A stretch of DNA of 64,000 nucleotides, from the NCBI GenBank assembly GCA_017499595.2, contig CM039004.1, forward strand, positions 372,001-436,000. The letters run 5' to 3'. Positions 24,901 to 43,580 of this stretch are shown here, in pieces. The position numbers and the translations under genes were made by a program. Below the pieces are notes generated by a model. It ran no database searches. It was not told the DNA's origin and saw nothing but the letters and a program-made list of their open reading frames with translations. Source of the stretch: Psilocybe cubensis. Taxonomy: Eukaryota. Position 1 is the first letter of the stretch. Each line of letters opens with the position of its first letter.

Positions 24901-27377
24901 ATATATGTTAGGTCAAAGAAACCAAACTTGAATTCGGATATAGCAGCATACCTAACGAGCATGGTTTCTTTATTCTCTCGCCCTTTTCCACTCCTCCTTC
25001 GCACGTATTTCCAGGGATCTTCCTATAACCAGACGATCCCATATAAGTTGATTCGGGACCTCCAGCACACTCGCCTGCTGGAATCGGCTCTGGTCCGGCT
25101 GGTTCGCACTTGCCATTAACCTTGACAAAGTTGTAGTCACTAGAAATGATCAAACCTTTTCAGCTTATACACCCTTCAACGGGATAGAAAGCATAAGCTT
25201 ACCACTCGTAGTCCGCGTCAGTACATTTGCAGTTCTCTTCGTGTGTAACGGGATCCTTGAACTTTTCTCCAACGTAACAATTCGCATCAACCTTTCTCCG
25301 TTTGTACCATTGCTATTTTATTCAGATAATAACTCAGCCACCTGGCTTCGAAATGAACGCAAATTAACTACGCACCTTGTGCCCCATCAAACATTCAGAA
25401 TCGTGTGGTCTCGCAAACCATTTCTCGTAGTCATCATTGCCGCACTTCCTTCCCCTGGTCTTTGCAAAGTCTAGATAGACAACCACAACCCTGCCGATAT
25501 CCCCTTTTTGGTCATTTTTGGAGACTGATCCTAGAAGAAGAAACTTTTGTGAAGTTGAATCGGGCAAGGTGACGAGTGCACGAGCTGTAAGTCGGACGCC
25601 AATGTTGTATTTTTGCCTGTGAGAATAGGATGACGGTCAGAACAACAAGATATAATACAAGATATATTACACGTACCATGATTTGCCCAGGTCCAGAGAA
25701 TATTTGACCTCATCCGTCGGATCCTCGTCGTCAACCATAACCAAAATACTGCCCAAATCCCCAAACTCGTACTTATGCGCACCCTTGCTGACCATTTTCC
25801 ACGACACTCCGCCGTCCGTACTCAAGAACGTGTCAGAATCCGTATAGGGCAACAAGCTCTCTCCGACGCTACCTACACCCATCACAAATCCAGGAGCAGG
25901 AGAGGAGAAGATGCGTCCGAAATTGTGTGGCGCGGTGACGGAGTGTAAGTGCAACGAGCAGTGATCAGGATCCGACGTGTCACATCCAATCTTCTTTCCG
26001 TCAACGTCCTCCTTCGGTGGAGCAAGTGGTGTCCATTGTCGTCCATCGTTGAAGGTGATGAGCGACCTCAAACGTTTCGGCGAACCCCGACCTTCGACCT
26101 CCTGCGCATTCGAAACTATATTCGCCAGCCCAATACCCTCAACTCCATATATCTTCTCAAAATCAACGAAGCCCGCATCGTTGCGGTTGGTGTCTTTGAG
26201 ACTCTCCACGAAGAATGTCCCGTTTGAGTTGCTGACGAACAGCGTGCCGATCGAATTCCGTTCTTGGAGCTTGACGTCAACGGCGAGGGAATGCGTGGTC
26301 GATTCCAACATGGTGTATGCATTCTCGCGAAGCGTGGCCGAGGACGCGTGTGGAAATTGCGCTTTGGCCCATGTTTTCGTGTCGACGGTGACGTACAACA
26401 ACATTTCCCCCGTCGACGCTGCTGAGAGGTCCTTCAACGCGACGACGGCATATTGGGAAACTATTGCGAATGCTATCACGCCTTTCGCATTCTTTCCAAT
26501 ACCCAGATCCTCCACATTCTTCTCGCTTTTGAAAAAGTCGGTGCTGGAGTAGAGACGGCTGGAGGAGAGATCGTGTGAGCTGGATGTTGATTCTGAGTCG
26601 AACGCAACGCAGTAAATGAGGTCTTCATGTGCTTCGTGCTTGAAATCTTTCGTGCTGTGCGCAAACTGACAGTGGCTAACGTCTTTGAGGAGAGGTTTGA
26701 CGTCGTCCGTGAATGCTTCTTTCGTGTAGAATGTCTGTATCCATTGAGTGCAAACGCAATTGAATGATAAGTATCTAAACATACCTCGTCGTGGCACCTA
26801 GCGCCCCAGCCTTGACGGTCGCATTGCGATCCTTGATAAAGAATATACCCATACTTGCTGGGATCGGAATGGAAGGATAAAGGACGAGGGACGAGTGCTG
26901 GTGGCAATGGGACGTCAAAAGGACGCCATGTTTTGCCTCGGTCTTGAGTGCGGTAGTGTGTTTTGCCGTCCGTCAGTGCAAATGCCTGAACAACTGTTTA
27001 GAGACTGGTCTATTGGACAATACTTGAAGTCTTACATATCGGTTGTCTGTAGGATGCTCGAAGACCATAGAAACTCTCCCGCTTGGTATGCCTTCGGCAG
27101 TCTTCCAACTTTTTCCCTCATCCAAAGACACATACACGTCACCTTGCATTGAATCATGGTATATAACCGACTGTGAGGTATTAAAAGATAGTTCACAACG
27201 TGCAGAGAAGACCAAGACCCTTACCTCTGTGTCATCAAAGAAGAACATCCTAGCGGGTAGATTGCTGAAAGAGCTTATAGTATGATCTGGCTGAGACTGT
27301 CCGGCAACAAATACTGTTGAGAGCGAGAGAAGCAGAGCACGACATAGCGCTGCAGCGCCATTTCGTCTCCTGGTCAT
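21992..27377 (-). CDS. PEP1: Vacuolar protein sorting receptor Vps10 (two sortilin/Vps10 domains, one TM helix, cytosolic tail)
   Basis: Signal peptide [26 protein letters not shown]. Duplicated BNR/Asp-box and 10CC motifs ([66 protein letters not shown]). TM segment [22 protein letters not shown]. Ends ...[11 protein letters not shown]. Confidence 0.96.
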
Positions 27378-28015
27378 GTTTGGGTTGCTCGTGGTGGTGT
27401 GGGACAAGCCCTGCTCGTTGTCGTAGCCCTCGGCTGCGGGGGACGTGACGAATATTTCACAGCCACAATGGCGACTACTGTTTATGGACTAATCTCCTTT
27501 TGATCTAGTCCTGGCTGGCGGAAACTTAACTTATGCTTAAAAGCGACCCCAGTTCAATTGCATTGATCTCGAAACTTGAACTAGGTGAGTATTAGATAGT
27601 GAGAGATATGAAAGCAGTTTAAAATTTGTGCAAAATTCGATTTCAGACTGTTTGAGGCATCAAATGAAAGGTTCACTGCGGCAACACTGCGGACCTCAAC
27701 GGCCAAAAAATTGACGACGCTATCGAGTAGGCCATTAGTAGAAATAGTGGCAATGGTATTACATAGTTGACAGTTCCATGAAGTTCTGAGGCAAATGACA
27801 CCTTCAATGTTTTGACACCACTGTAGTTTCCCAGACTCTTTGGCGGACAACGCGGGCTGGGAGAATGTGATTCTTCCTAACAGTTAATCAAATCGAAGGT
27901 GTAATAACTCTGATATTTTATCTTTCTCACAAATTTCATTCAGACGACCGTATACTTCTTGAGTATGAGACGAAATCCAAATATTCAGACATGACCCTCA
28001 GATACTCATGGTCCG

Positions 28016-30169
28016 TCACACAGGGATAAATTCAATCAACCCTGCCTCCCCCGAATCCCATAATTTCTCAAACTTGAATCCTGAATGGACCCTATATTAA
28101 TGTAAGGTCATTAACTGTTTAATTAAGATAATCTAGGTACGCACCCAAGAGTGATAAATTCTTGCAGTGTACGCTCCTGTGCGTTATGCAAAATCATCAT
28201 ATTCAAGTCTTGGTTGTATTTCCGGATTCGAGAAACCCCGTAGTTCGCCAAAAGGGGTTCCGGCGCCTACAGTAGAAAGATAGGCGGGTTTAATGTTTAT
28301 GCAAGGGAGTGATGATGCGTACATACCTCATCTTTTGCCTCTGTCTTTGCACTAGAATCCCTCACTGCGTGTTCAATAACGAATTCATCTGTAGACCAAC
28401 GCTTGAGACATTTTAATTTTTTAGAACAACAAAAAGCCGGTTACGAATGAGGAGGCGACTATTAGCGCCCATTGCCTTGCGAACATTTTTTAGGATAGCG
28501 AGGCATTCTGCGTTCGGCCAGTCATGACTTTACAGTATTCGTTAATTCAAAATGTTAATTCGGTGACAATAAATATGGCTTACAGAATGTGCCTCAACTA
28601 TCAATATATCGACGTTAAGCATGTGTGTTTGAATTGACTAAATCTGTTGCTCACATAGTACAGATCACAGTTAGAAACTGGTTGACCAGAAAAGAAGTCA
28701 AGCTCTTCAAATCGAATGCGCTGGTTCTCGATTGCCTCCGGGCACTCTGTCGCCCAATGCTGGACAATGATATTTAACACTTTTATATGAAATCATTCTG
28801 TGAGGAATGCTGCACATACATCCTTTCCTTGTTGTATCACGGCGGGCAAGTCTTGCAGTACAACCTTGATTTTCGGAAATTTCTTTATGAGGCCAAGAGT
28901 GGCATGACCGTTGCCTCCACCAACATCGCAAATAACCGTGTCTTGAGGTACATTTTCCCAATCATACACTATTTAACAGAGGTCAATCAGTTCCTAGAAC
29001 CGGTATACGACAGTAATAATCGGGATTTGAAAATACCTATAGGCAGCATAGATTTCCCAGTGACCTCACCCCATCCAACCATAGTCTGCGCAAATCGCTG
29101 TATAAGGTGAGTGAGCCTCCATAGTCACGGAAATTCCCCGGATAGAAAGTCACCGCAGCGCAGGTCTACAAGCTTAACTTACATCGTTGACTTTCTTCCC
29201 AATCGGCTATATATATGTAGAAGTTTGTTAGATTATCGTCCTTAATTAAACTGACGTTGAAGCGCTCACAGTTTTGTAGAAGCCAAAAAAGGAGACGCCG
29301 TGCACACGTTGAAAGGGAGAATCATCGGCTGATGTTGAGTGGCCTGCTTTAGGGTCTCCGAGTGTATCGGCCAGATATGCACCAGCTTTGAAACATTCGT
29401 CTGTCCTAAAAGACGAGAGCATCTTGAGTGATGGGAATGAGATGATCGATGTACTGATAAAACATACATTGTGCCGACCAAGCTAGACACTGGGTTGTTA
29501 GAGACGAGTTGCATACTCAAACGGTTATTGGAGAAAATATCCGGTTTGACTAGATAAAGGATAGATAACATAAGGTCTATAATAAATAGAACAAAATCTA
29601 ACCTCTTACCTTCGTCGAAAACATGTTTTGTAGCCAGAAGCCGTAGTATACGACCCAGTTTACCGGAATCCAGCCCAGAGGCGCTCGCCAGATCATTGAC
29701 ATGCAAACCTTCAGGTTTCCCTAACAATAAATCCGCAATCTTTGCATTTGTTACTACAAGTAAACATGCCGGCTCCTCGTACTAGAAAAGTAAAAGCTCA
29801 GCGCTCAGCTTCGAGATCCTTTTCACGGCAATAATTCATGACACACCGCGTATGCTTTCTTTATGAACCAGCAAAGGCGTCAGCGCGATGCCAAATTTTG
29901 ATGGAAAACAAAATGTCATTTACGTTGGTCATCGTATGCCCGGGGTTTGTCACAGTAAAGGTTAACTGTGCGCATGCCGCCTCGACAATCTGAACAGCCT
30001 TAGAAAGTGTCTCCGAAACCAGATGCGGGGCATCAAAGGGCCCTTGCTCGGTCGAATGCAAAGAGGGTACTGTATGTCCTGCTTTAGTGTACTCGTTCAC
30101 AATATCCTGCACTGCTGAGGCGATCAGCTGAGAAAGGGCTGTGATTTCGGAGGTTCCGTTGGGTGCCAT
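28016..30169 (-). CDS. SAM-dependent O-methyltransferase (Methyltransf_2/COMT-like with N-terminal dimerisation region)
   Basis: Spliced motifs KLGRILRLLATKHVF, FSNNRLS, VICDVGGGNG, VVLQDLP, DFFSGQPV, LRHILHDWP, RLLIHEFV and AQERTLQEF. Ends ...GLIEFIPV* at 28016. Confidence 0.93.
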
Positions 30170-31078
30170 TGTAGCTTGGTCTTTGAGTCAGGAAGATTCT
30201 CCAATGGTCTTGCTAGCTTCCGGAATTGAAAAAGAAAAAACAAAGAGGGCTCAACCCTTATACTTACCCCGCCGTTCCTTCTAACCTCCTCCCACATTTG
30301 GAAAAATCCTTTTGCCTTAAACGAGCGTTGGAACCCCGGGCGTCCTCACTAGGTTTCTGACTTTGTTCGCCATACGATCCGACTCCGATTGATAGGAATA
30401 AAATCAGCAATATGAATCGGTTTGCCACACCTTTTACTCACGGTGGTCGTTCGATTCCCAACGATTTATAACTACTATTCTAGCAATCATGATGCACCCT
30501 TTGAGTGAGTATCAAGATCCAGTGGTGCCTCGACAAACTTTTGCGTTTTCTCTCGTTTAATTATAACTGTGAGAGATATAAAGTTCGAATCGGTGGTTTT
30601 CTAATCACAATAGCATCACTTTTTTGCTGTAAGCGTGGTGGGAGTCGAACGACAACAGTAGATGTACGAACCCTGGTTCTAATCAGGCTGTCAATCAGCA
30701 ATTGACCCGGTCCGAGACAAAACTTGTGATGCTTATCGAATACAAAGTCATGCCAGTTATTCGCAGAAGCTCAGTCAAGTTCCCTGCAATTGAAAATTAA
30801 CTGCCGTCGACCGCATGCTCGCGTGTATTATTGCGTGGGTATTACGTTGAAAAGCCGAAGTCGCCAACAACATCCGACTACAGGTTGACCCAAGAAACGG
30901 TGTCGCACTTGCTTCACACAGAGATGAACCTATTGACAGACATCCACAAGGAATTGTGACACTTACAAACTTACTAGGACATGACTCTACTGATACTAAG
31001 ACCTGTATTTGGGGGATATAAGAGTTGACGTTGAATGATTTACATACAGCGTGTTGCAAGTGCATCAACAATAACAGC

Positions 31079-33648
<2,570 letters not shown>

Positions 33649-34478
33649 CTGAGATTTCAGTATACCACATACTTTACGTGGTAGTAATAGACACTTCAAA
33701 AATTTTACACACCATCTATATCCATCTCCAAGGTGGACCGATTCTTGCAGCGTGATCAGCGGACTTGAGGTGTCGATTTGTCGCGCACTGCCCAAAGGCT
33801 CATGTTTATAATGCCAACGCTCTCCAAAAAGAGGCGGAATACCGAACGACATAAATCGATTGGTAAATCGTATCTTAAACGTTTTCTGTGTACTCAGAAC
33901 TTATAGAAGGGAAGGGTTGAAGCTGAAGGACCACTGGGTACGGAGAGAAGAACATCATAACATGTGCAAATTATTTATTTAATTTTTACATTTAGCAAAT
34001 ATTGCATAATATCTAGGCAGGGTAATACGTAATATACACACTTATTAACAATTGAAATAATAATGGAAATGCCTCGTCCACGCTCATCCTAGGACATCCC
34101 TGGGACATCCTTTACCTCCTTTTACTACAGGCGCTTGACGAGCGCTAAAACTCTCAATAATCTGGAATATCCTCATCGAATCGAATTATCCCTTTGTCCT
34201 CCTGAATGTAACTCCGAGGTCTATTATGTGCCAAGGGAATAGGTCAGTCTCCGACTCCAGTGCCAAGTTCCTTGACCACTGTTCAAGCAACGCCGGCCTA
34301 GCCTTCCGACTGTTCTTCAGTTTCTTGACCTTGGTGTTTTACGACATTGATCGCAGTCACCATGCATATATGGCTGTGGGCCAAGCTCACTCCGTCATTT
34401 TTCTTTCCCGTTTACTTCCAACGTCTCCACCTTTCGTATACCCCTACAACACTCTACGTTCTTTAACCAAACCTGTGA

Positions 34479-36941
<2,463 letters not shown>

Positions 36942-38767
36942 CTGCTTCTCTAATGATGATAGGTCTCAACTATAGTAACATATTAATCCCCTATCTATAT
37001 ATGAGAATGTCAATGGACAATGGACAATGGACAGATAATATAATGAACTAATTTGATTATTTTTGCGATCCGCCATCCGATGAGTTGGAATATCCAAATT
37101 GAATACACATCTCCCTTGTTTACAGTGACACAGAACATCCGTGAGCGGTGTACATTCTTTGTGTGGGATGGCCACTGTAATGGGCGATCCAGATTCAGAG
37201 TGATAAGAGAAGACTTTCCTTGATAACCCCGGTTGTAGTGTTCATTGTTCAATAGCAAGTCCCGGCTGCTGTATTAATAACGTTATACTTATGACGTGGG
37301 AGTAATACTTGTGTACATTTGTTACCTCCGGCGCTTCAGTATACCGGCCACGCCAACGACTGGGTGATACCGCTAAGATATACGTTTTCCATTGGTTATC
37401 CCTCGGTTCTCCGCCGCACGATGCATTTTGTAAGTGTGAGAATAAAAATGTTCATGCTATAGTGATTCTCAAGCCTTGTTGTCAATCTAATCATGCTTGA
37501 GAATTGCAATGAGTAGATGTGTGTATGTACCCTGAGCTATGATAATGCCTGATCTTTGTTCAAGAGATTTTCAAAATGTCAGTCAACGAAAGTGCCTGCA
37601 GATGAACTCAGGAAGGTCAAACTTAATATTCTCATTCAACCACTTCTTTTAATGACCATCTTACACACGGAATTGTTTTATACTAAAAATTATGTTTGAT
37701 GCACTGAAGCCTCAGTCAGTGTGGAATTTGATGCTATATTCAGAATCGTAGTCATCCTCCCACGAAGTGCATCTAAATCTGCGCCATCGGCACCAGAAAG
37801 ATCTAATCTATGGCGTTTTGTGCACAGGCTTACCAGTCGTATGTTACAAAATTCGCCGGCGAGATAATGGAAGCCTCACCAGCGTAAAAAGGGCCTCTCA
37901 CCTAGTTGTGAGAATATTCAAAAGTGGACATGTAGTAGTATATATCGAACAATTCCCGACCAGAACAGTGGTGCCAGTGGCAATACTTTCCCCATATAAG
38001 CAAGGTGTACGAATTCTTCAGCATACGAACGAGGAGAGATATCTTCACAAAGCTAAATTCAGCAACCCTCTTATCGATTTGAAGCTAGTGAATGTCAGCT
38101 ACCAGACACTGCTTCGAAGAAGGTATGTCTGGTTTGGAAAGCTATAACATACTGCCTCGGCCTGAATTGGTGTTACATTAAAATATGATGTATTTACCAA
38201 CAACAGCGGTCTTAAAATCCTCTACGGCTTTTCTTTTCTTTGAAATATGATGGATTGCCATTAACCACAAAATTCGTCCTACCCGTCCAGAATTTTAGTA
38301 CTATGCAAATTGCATTCACTAGAGATTCGAACCTAGCTTGATGGCTATCTGAGAATACTTTGATGAAGACTATGCATAGTAAAAACGACAAAATCTACAC
38401 TAGATCACAAAAAATCATTCATATAGTGGTCTATGTTCATAAACGTAGATAAATTTTATACGCCCCAAGTTTAAGAAGGCGGCGCTTATTTTGAGCACGA
38501 AGGTCTTTTTAGACCGCACGCACCAAATGCGGGGCCCCTATGTTTAGTGTTATTTTGGCATACATCACGTGAGGAGCAAAAAATTCGAAATGCTTTCCTC
38601 TCTCCCTTGGATGTGACAAGCGCCACGGCTTTCGTATTCCCCTCTCCTCCACAAGTCGAAAGTCCATTTATACTTCCTCTTCACCGATATTTGACCGGGA
38701 CTCGGCGTCTGAGGATATATATCATCTCTAAACCATAATTTGACCCATTCAATACTCTTCAAACACG

Positions 38768-39941
38768 ATGTCTTCAACGCCTTCACGAGCGGCGATTGCG
38801 AAGGAAGTTAGCAAACCCAGTCCGTGGTTGCATTTCGTGGCTGGAGGGTACGTGTGGACGCGTTTCTGTATTGTGTGAAGGACTACTTACTTGATGCATT
38901 CGGTAGTCTTGGCGGAATGTGCGGCGCTATCGTGACGAGTCCTTTTGACGTCGTCAAAACGCGACTGCAGTCAGACCTGTTCCGCCAGAAGCACCCAGCG
39001 ATAGGTGTGGTCGGTGGGTCTGGCAGCGTTGTGATGGGCGCGCCACGGCCGACAAATCTGTTGTTCCACTTTGTCGAAACGGGTTACATTATTCGGTACG
39101 TTCACGTGTCGTTGTTATCTCTACATGCCCCACCCGCTCACTGTTACTGACGCTGGTGTAATACAGGGACATCTACCGCGAAGAGTCCTTTCGCGCCCTG
39201 TTTAAGGGTTTAGGACCTACGCTCGTTGGTGTTATCCCTGCGCGCTCCATCAACTTTTTCACATACGGCAACGGGAAACGCATCATCGCCGACAAGTTCA
39301 ACAATGGGCAGGAAAACAGCTGGGTGCATCTCTCCGCTGCCGCCGTGGCAGGCATCGCTACTGGCACAGCAACGAACCCCATCTGGGTCGTCAAGACCCG
39401 TCTACAACTCGCGCAGGGCGACAAGAAGGTTCTCGGGGGCAGCTGGCTATGTATCACGAAAATTTTCCGAGAGGAAGGGATTCGAGGGTTTTACAAGGGA
39501 CTGAGTGCGAGCTATCTAGGCGTGACGGAGGGCACCATTCAATGGGTATTGTATGAACGATTGAAGAAGCTGAACGCGAATTTGGATGGGCATGGTCCGG
39601 TTTCGCAATGGGCAGGTATGCTGGGCAGCGCGGGGACGGCGAAGATGGTAGCCAGTCTCATCACTTATCCGCATGAGGTGTGTATTTTTTCTGCTGCATC
39701 CTATCTTCTTGCCATACTCACAATGCGCGGTTAGGTTCTGCGGACGCGGCTTCGGCAGCCAAGTGTCAACGGCGTGATCAAGTATACTGGGCTTTGGCAG
39801 ACTCTGCGGCTCGTTATTGCGGAAGAAGGCGCGCGGACACTGTACAGTGGGCTGAGTGCGCACTTGATGCGTGTTGTGCCCAACGCAGCGGTTATGTTCT
39901 TCATCTATGAGGGCCTCATCAGCTGGAGCACCAAACACTGA
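38768..39941 (+). CDS. RIM2: Mitochondrial carrier, pyrimidine-nucleotide carrier Rim2/SLC25A33-36-like
   Basis: WLHFVAGGLGGMCGAIVTSPFDVVKTRLQS, GPTLVGVIPARSINFFTYGNGK, TNPIWVVKTRLQL, GLSASYLGVTEGTIQWVLYE, TYPHEVLRTRLRQ and HLMRVVPNAAVMF. Confidence 0.9.
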
Positions 39942-41517
39942 TGACTCCGCCAATTTTACACCATCCGTGATACCTTCCCGCATGTGCCGAGGCTGACACA
40001 CTGGTATTGCCGGTCTACGTTTGCGTGTTTCTATCTTCCACCTTGCACCCTGCACGCTCCATGCTATCTGCACATCATATTGACTATCCCCACTCGCTCA
40101 TAATCATACCCCTACGACCTTGCATTTTCCCCGAATCTACCATGTACAACTAGGCCCATCTCACTCTAAAAAGTACCCATTAGCTCTGGTTAGGCGTTAT
40201 ATCTATCGCTGTCGCCTATGGGATCAATAATCTTCAGTCCATCTGCACCTGCATCCACGCTGCGTACAACGGGAGTACGAACGGCCATGGAAGCTGCAAT
40301 CTGCAGTGGCTGTATACCATTCGCCTACCTCAGACACTCAGCTGCATTAGGTGCTACTTGCACGCCCATCACTTAATAACGCATCACCGACATATGAAGC
40401 CTCCCACCCCTACTGTTCACTGCCCGACATTAGACACCCGACATGTATTTATCCTTACCCACCCTCGGAGCTTCAGCCCCCACTTGTAGTTATACTTTAC
40501 ATATTTTACATTACTGACTTGCTTGCACGCTTGCTTTCCGCCCTGCCGTTTCTCATTATTTGTCTACTACTTTCGTTGATTATATAGATTGCAATGATAT
40601 GCAATTAATTATACTGCCCGTCGTTGTCTTCGTTCTATGCTATACATACATCCATATATACACTAGTTGGTTACTTTATATTTATGACTTGGTGTACATT
40701 TCTTGATAACCTCGCTTCTTAGATTTTTGAGATGAGGACGGGATGTGATGAAAGTTTCTCCACCCCGCCAATTTTCCCTCAACTAGTCGGACCCGTTGCA
40801 TTTTGTTATCTATCTGTGCCAATAGGGCAATTCGTGTCCATTTCTTTCAGGCTGAATTGCTTTCTGATGGAAATGACGCCATAGCTCTGTTGGTCTGTTT
40901 CGCCATTCTTTTCTTCTGGATAACATCATGAATTACATTCTGATGCAGTTTCTATAAACTGGCATGACCTCGGCCCCTAACTGGTATTTTCTTGCTAGTG
41001 ACTCGATGATGATCAAGGCCCAACGTTTGCTTCTTGGATCCATCATACGCTGAGTGGCGTACTTGCAGCAGAGCAATGGCGTCAAAGTTCTCTTCGCATC
41101 ACTTTCGACTTTGCTCTTTTCTTTCACGGTACCACTATAAACTCTATAATTAGCATTGCTATCATTTGCTCATATTCTGTCTAGTTGGAAGTCTAGTGTT
41201 GAGCTTAGCCAAATTCATGACTGATACCTAATGCCCTTCTCCATAACTATCATGGGATCCATCAAAGATTGAGGAGCATCTGTTCGATGTTAGCCTCTCG
41301 GAATCGAGCCTAAGAAATGGCATGTTTTTCCTGCTTTGATTTAGTGGGATGTTCATGCGATTAATGGCGAACAACGGTATTGCACGGGCAAGCAAAAAAA
41401 TAGCTCCTGCTGGGAGATCGCAGGTATAAAAGGCTGGGAAAATGAAGCATCCAACGGCAGTTGTATCTTACCCCATCTCAGCTCAACATCCCTATTTAAA
41501 CACCAAAGTACCCACAA

Positions 41518-42201
41518 ATGCGATCCATCACCGTCATAATCATCGCAGCTATGGCGCTTGGCGCTTCTGCACAAATTTTGGGGTATGCCTCGTTCATTAA
41601 CTCGAACTGTGAACGCACGTTTAACACTAAATGATGTTGTTTTATTGCAGCAATCTCGCTCAGGCGGCCGGTCAACTCGCTGGCAATCTAAACCTTGGTG
41701 GCCTTGTAAATGGTGCAGGTAATGCTGCAGGTACACTTGACATCGGCCCCCGTGCTGCTGAAGTGTACGTTCATAACTCTTAACCAGTATAAAGCGTGTG
41801 TATTCTGACCTATATATTGTGCGATCGCAGTGGGTCCGATCTGGTACAGGATGCAGCACCAGGCAGTGGACAAGTTGGAAGCCTTGTCTCGGGTGCAGGA
41901 CAGGTTGGGGGAAGGGTTGGCATTATGCGCCGAGCAGAGGAGGAGTACGTCCATGCACTGTTACTCGTTAACCTTGTACTGACTTTTATCGCAGTGACGT
42001 GGTTCAAGAGGGCAGTGGACAGGTTGGAAGCCTTGTCTCGGGTGCAGGACAGGCTGGGGGCAGGGTTGGCATTATGCGCCGAGCAGAGGAGGAGTACGTC
42101 CATGTACTGTTACTCGTTAACCTTGTACTGACTTTTATCGTAGTGACGTGGTTCAAGAGCGCGATGAAAACATGCGCTCTGCGAAATTCAAACGCGTTTA
42201 A
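41518..42201 (+). CDS. Secreted Gly-rich repeat-peptide precursor (KEX2-processed repeat protein-like), 149 aa, 5 exons
   Basis: Exons 41518-41582, 41651-41764, 41831-41944, 41995-42093 and 42144-42201, all with phase-2 GT-AG introns. Product: MRSITVIIIAAMALGASAQILGNLAQAAGQLAGNLNLGGLVNGAGNAAGTLDIGPRAAEVGSDLVQDAAPGSGQVGSLVSGAGQVGGRVGIMRRAEEDDVVQEGSGQVGSLVSGAGQAGGRVGIMRRAEEDDVVQERDENMRSAKFKRV*. TATA-like tatttaaa at ~41493. Confidence 0.85.
41862..42159 (+). repeat. Near-perfect 2 x 149-bp tandem duplication (99-bp coding + 50-bp intron unit)
   Basis: ggcagtggacaagttggaagcc...gtggttcaagag at 41862-42010 is repeated at 42011-42159 with only a few substitutions. Confidence 0.95.
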
Positions 42202-42689
42202 GAAGCCATTAGGATTAGCTTGCCTTGAATTATTTTGCAGAGGATATGATGTACCATTCGTTTTCAGAGAATTCTACAAATTAATGCTTGCTATTGAAAC
42301 GCACGACTGGTACCTGGTCCAGTATAGTTGTTCGGTGCATGAGATATTAGTACTTTGAAAACCTTTGTGTAATAAAACGAGTACCTTCGAAGTGATTGGG
42401 CGAGGTTTCTCCCCGCTCAAGAAATGAACGTTGGCAATGAACAGCGCCTCTTACTGCCACAATAAAATATATCAGTCTTGGCTGACATTAAAATTTAGCC
42501 TGTAATGGCGATAGTCGCCTGTTAGCCTCCAGGATGTGATCCAAGGTTGCGTGCTTTATAGCTTCAGAAGACAGTAGACGAACGATTTTAATAGAAAGTG
42601 TCTCACGCCAATATCCCACGTCAGCCGCGAGTGTTTGACAAAATTAACAAACATCGTTGCCACCGCCCAGTGACCATCTCTTCCACTCA

Positions 42690-43478
42690 ATGCCAAGTTT
42701 CATCGCGAGGTGAGTAAAGCAGTCAGCAATACGTCGGTGGTCATGACGCAACAGTTGAACCAGATACATCATACTGCCCCTGATATTGGCTGTCATAGTG
42801 ATATCTTGCGAGACCGAAACGCTACAGGCTCTGCAAGGCAAACAGACGTACGTCAAGGGCGAGAGTGGAGCTGGACATGGCCAGCCACAAAACGCCTTTG
42901 ATGTAAATGATATAGGAGGCGGAAATCAGGCACAGGGCAGTACCCGTGTATCAGGACAGCTTTCAGGGAAAGAGATCAGCTTGAACCTATGCTCAGATCC
43001 ACCCCGGGGACAATGCGACTTTTACAGAGAATGCCTCGAATCCAAGTTCCATTGCGGGCCCAAAGGTTACCCTCTGGGATACGGGGAGAAATATTGCGAA
43101 AAATTTGTAGCAGGACAGGACAAGCTTTCCCCAGCTGGCCAGAAGTGGATGATGGACACGATGCAGTGCTTGCAGCGTGTTCTTGTTCCTGACGCGACGG
43201 AGTCTGAGGCCGACAACCGCAAACCTGGCGAGCTGGACCACAGTGATACAAAATCTGCCCGTGAATCCACTGATACAGGATCTAATAACAACAAGAGATG
43301 TGATGCTTTAAAACAGAAGGCATTTGACTCACATTCGGAGTGCTACCTTGCCAATGGCTTGTGTTCGCTGAGTGGGAGGGATTGGGTGGAAATAGTAGAG
43401 ATCATTGGGATAAAAACCTTATTCGACAGTTGGGCGGCGATAAAAGAGACTATTGAAGCAGCAGAAGGATGTATCTAG
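42690..43478 (+). CDS. Secreted stanniocalcin-like Cys-rich protein (exons 42690-42709, 42764-43478)
   Basis: Splicing yields the signal peptide MPSFIARYIILPLILAVIVISCET. The Cys pattern CDFYRECLE..HCGPKGYPLGYGEKYCEKF...GQKWMMDTMQCLQRVL...CDALKQKAFDSHSECYLANGLC resembles stanniocalcin-family proteins. Confidence 0.75.
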
Positions 43479-43580
43479 TTGACACTAGCTGTACTTGCAG
43501 ACCTGTACAAGTCAATAGTTTACAAATATGAGACTCACTTCTATGAAAGGCCGGTATATTGAGCAGATACTGATAGCAAG

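Noticed and set aside
28680-28700. Possible frameshift in the O-methyltransferase at the DFF motif
   Set aside because: Recounting the A-run gives GAC TTC TTT TCT GGT (DFFSG), so the frame is intact.
37000-38500. Short ORFs (e.g. 37767-38147) between GMC paralog 1 and RIM2
   Set aside because: No recognisable motif or coherent exon chain. It may be decayed coding or TE sequence, but I cannot support a call.
40750-41300. Hydrophobic-looking fragments that might be a membrane-protein relic
   Set aside because: I could not assemble a consistent reading frame or assign a family.
41862-42159. Tandem repeat as a CRISPR-like array or RHIM/PP amyloid signalling motif (GQVG)
   Set aside because: This is a eukaryotic exon+intron duplication with no spacers. 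The protein has a signal peptide, and GQVG does not fit the (I/V)Q(I/V)G core well.
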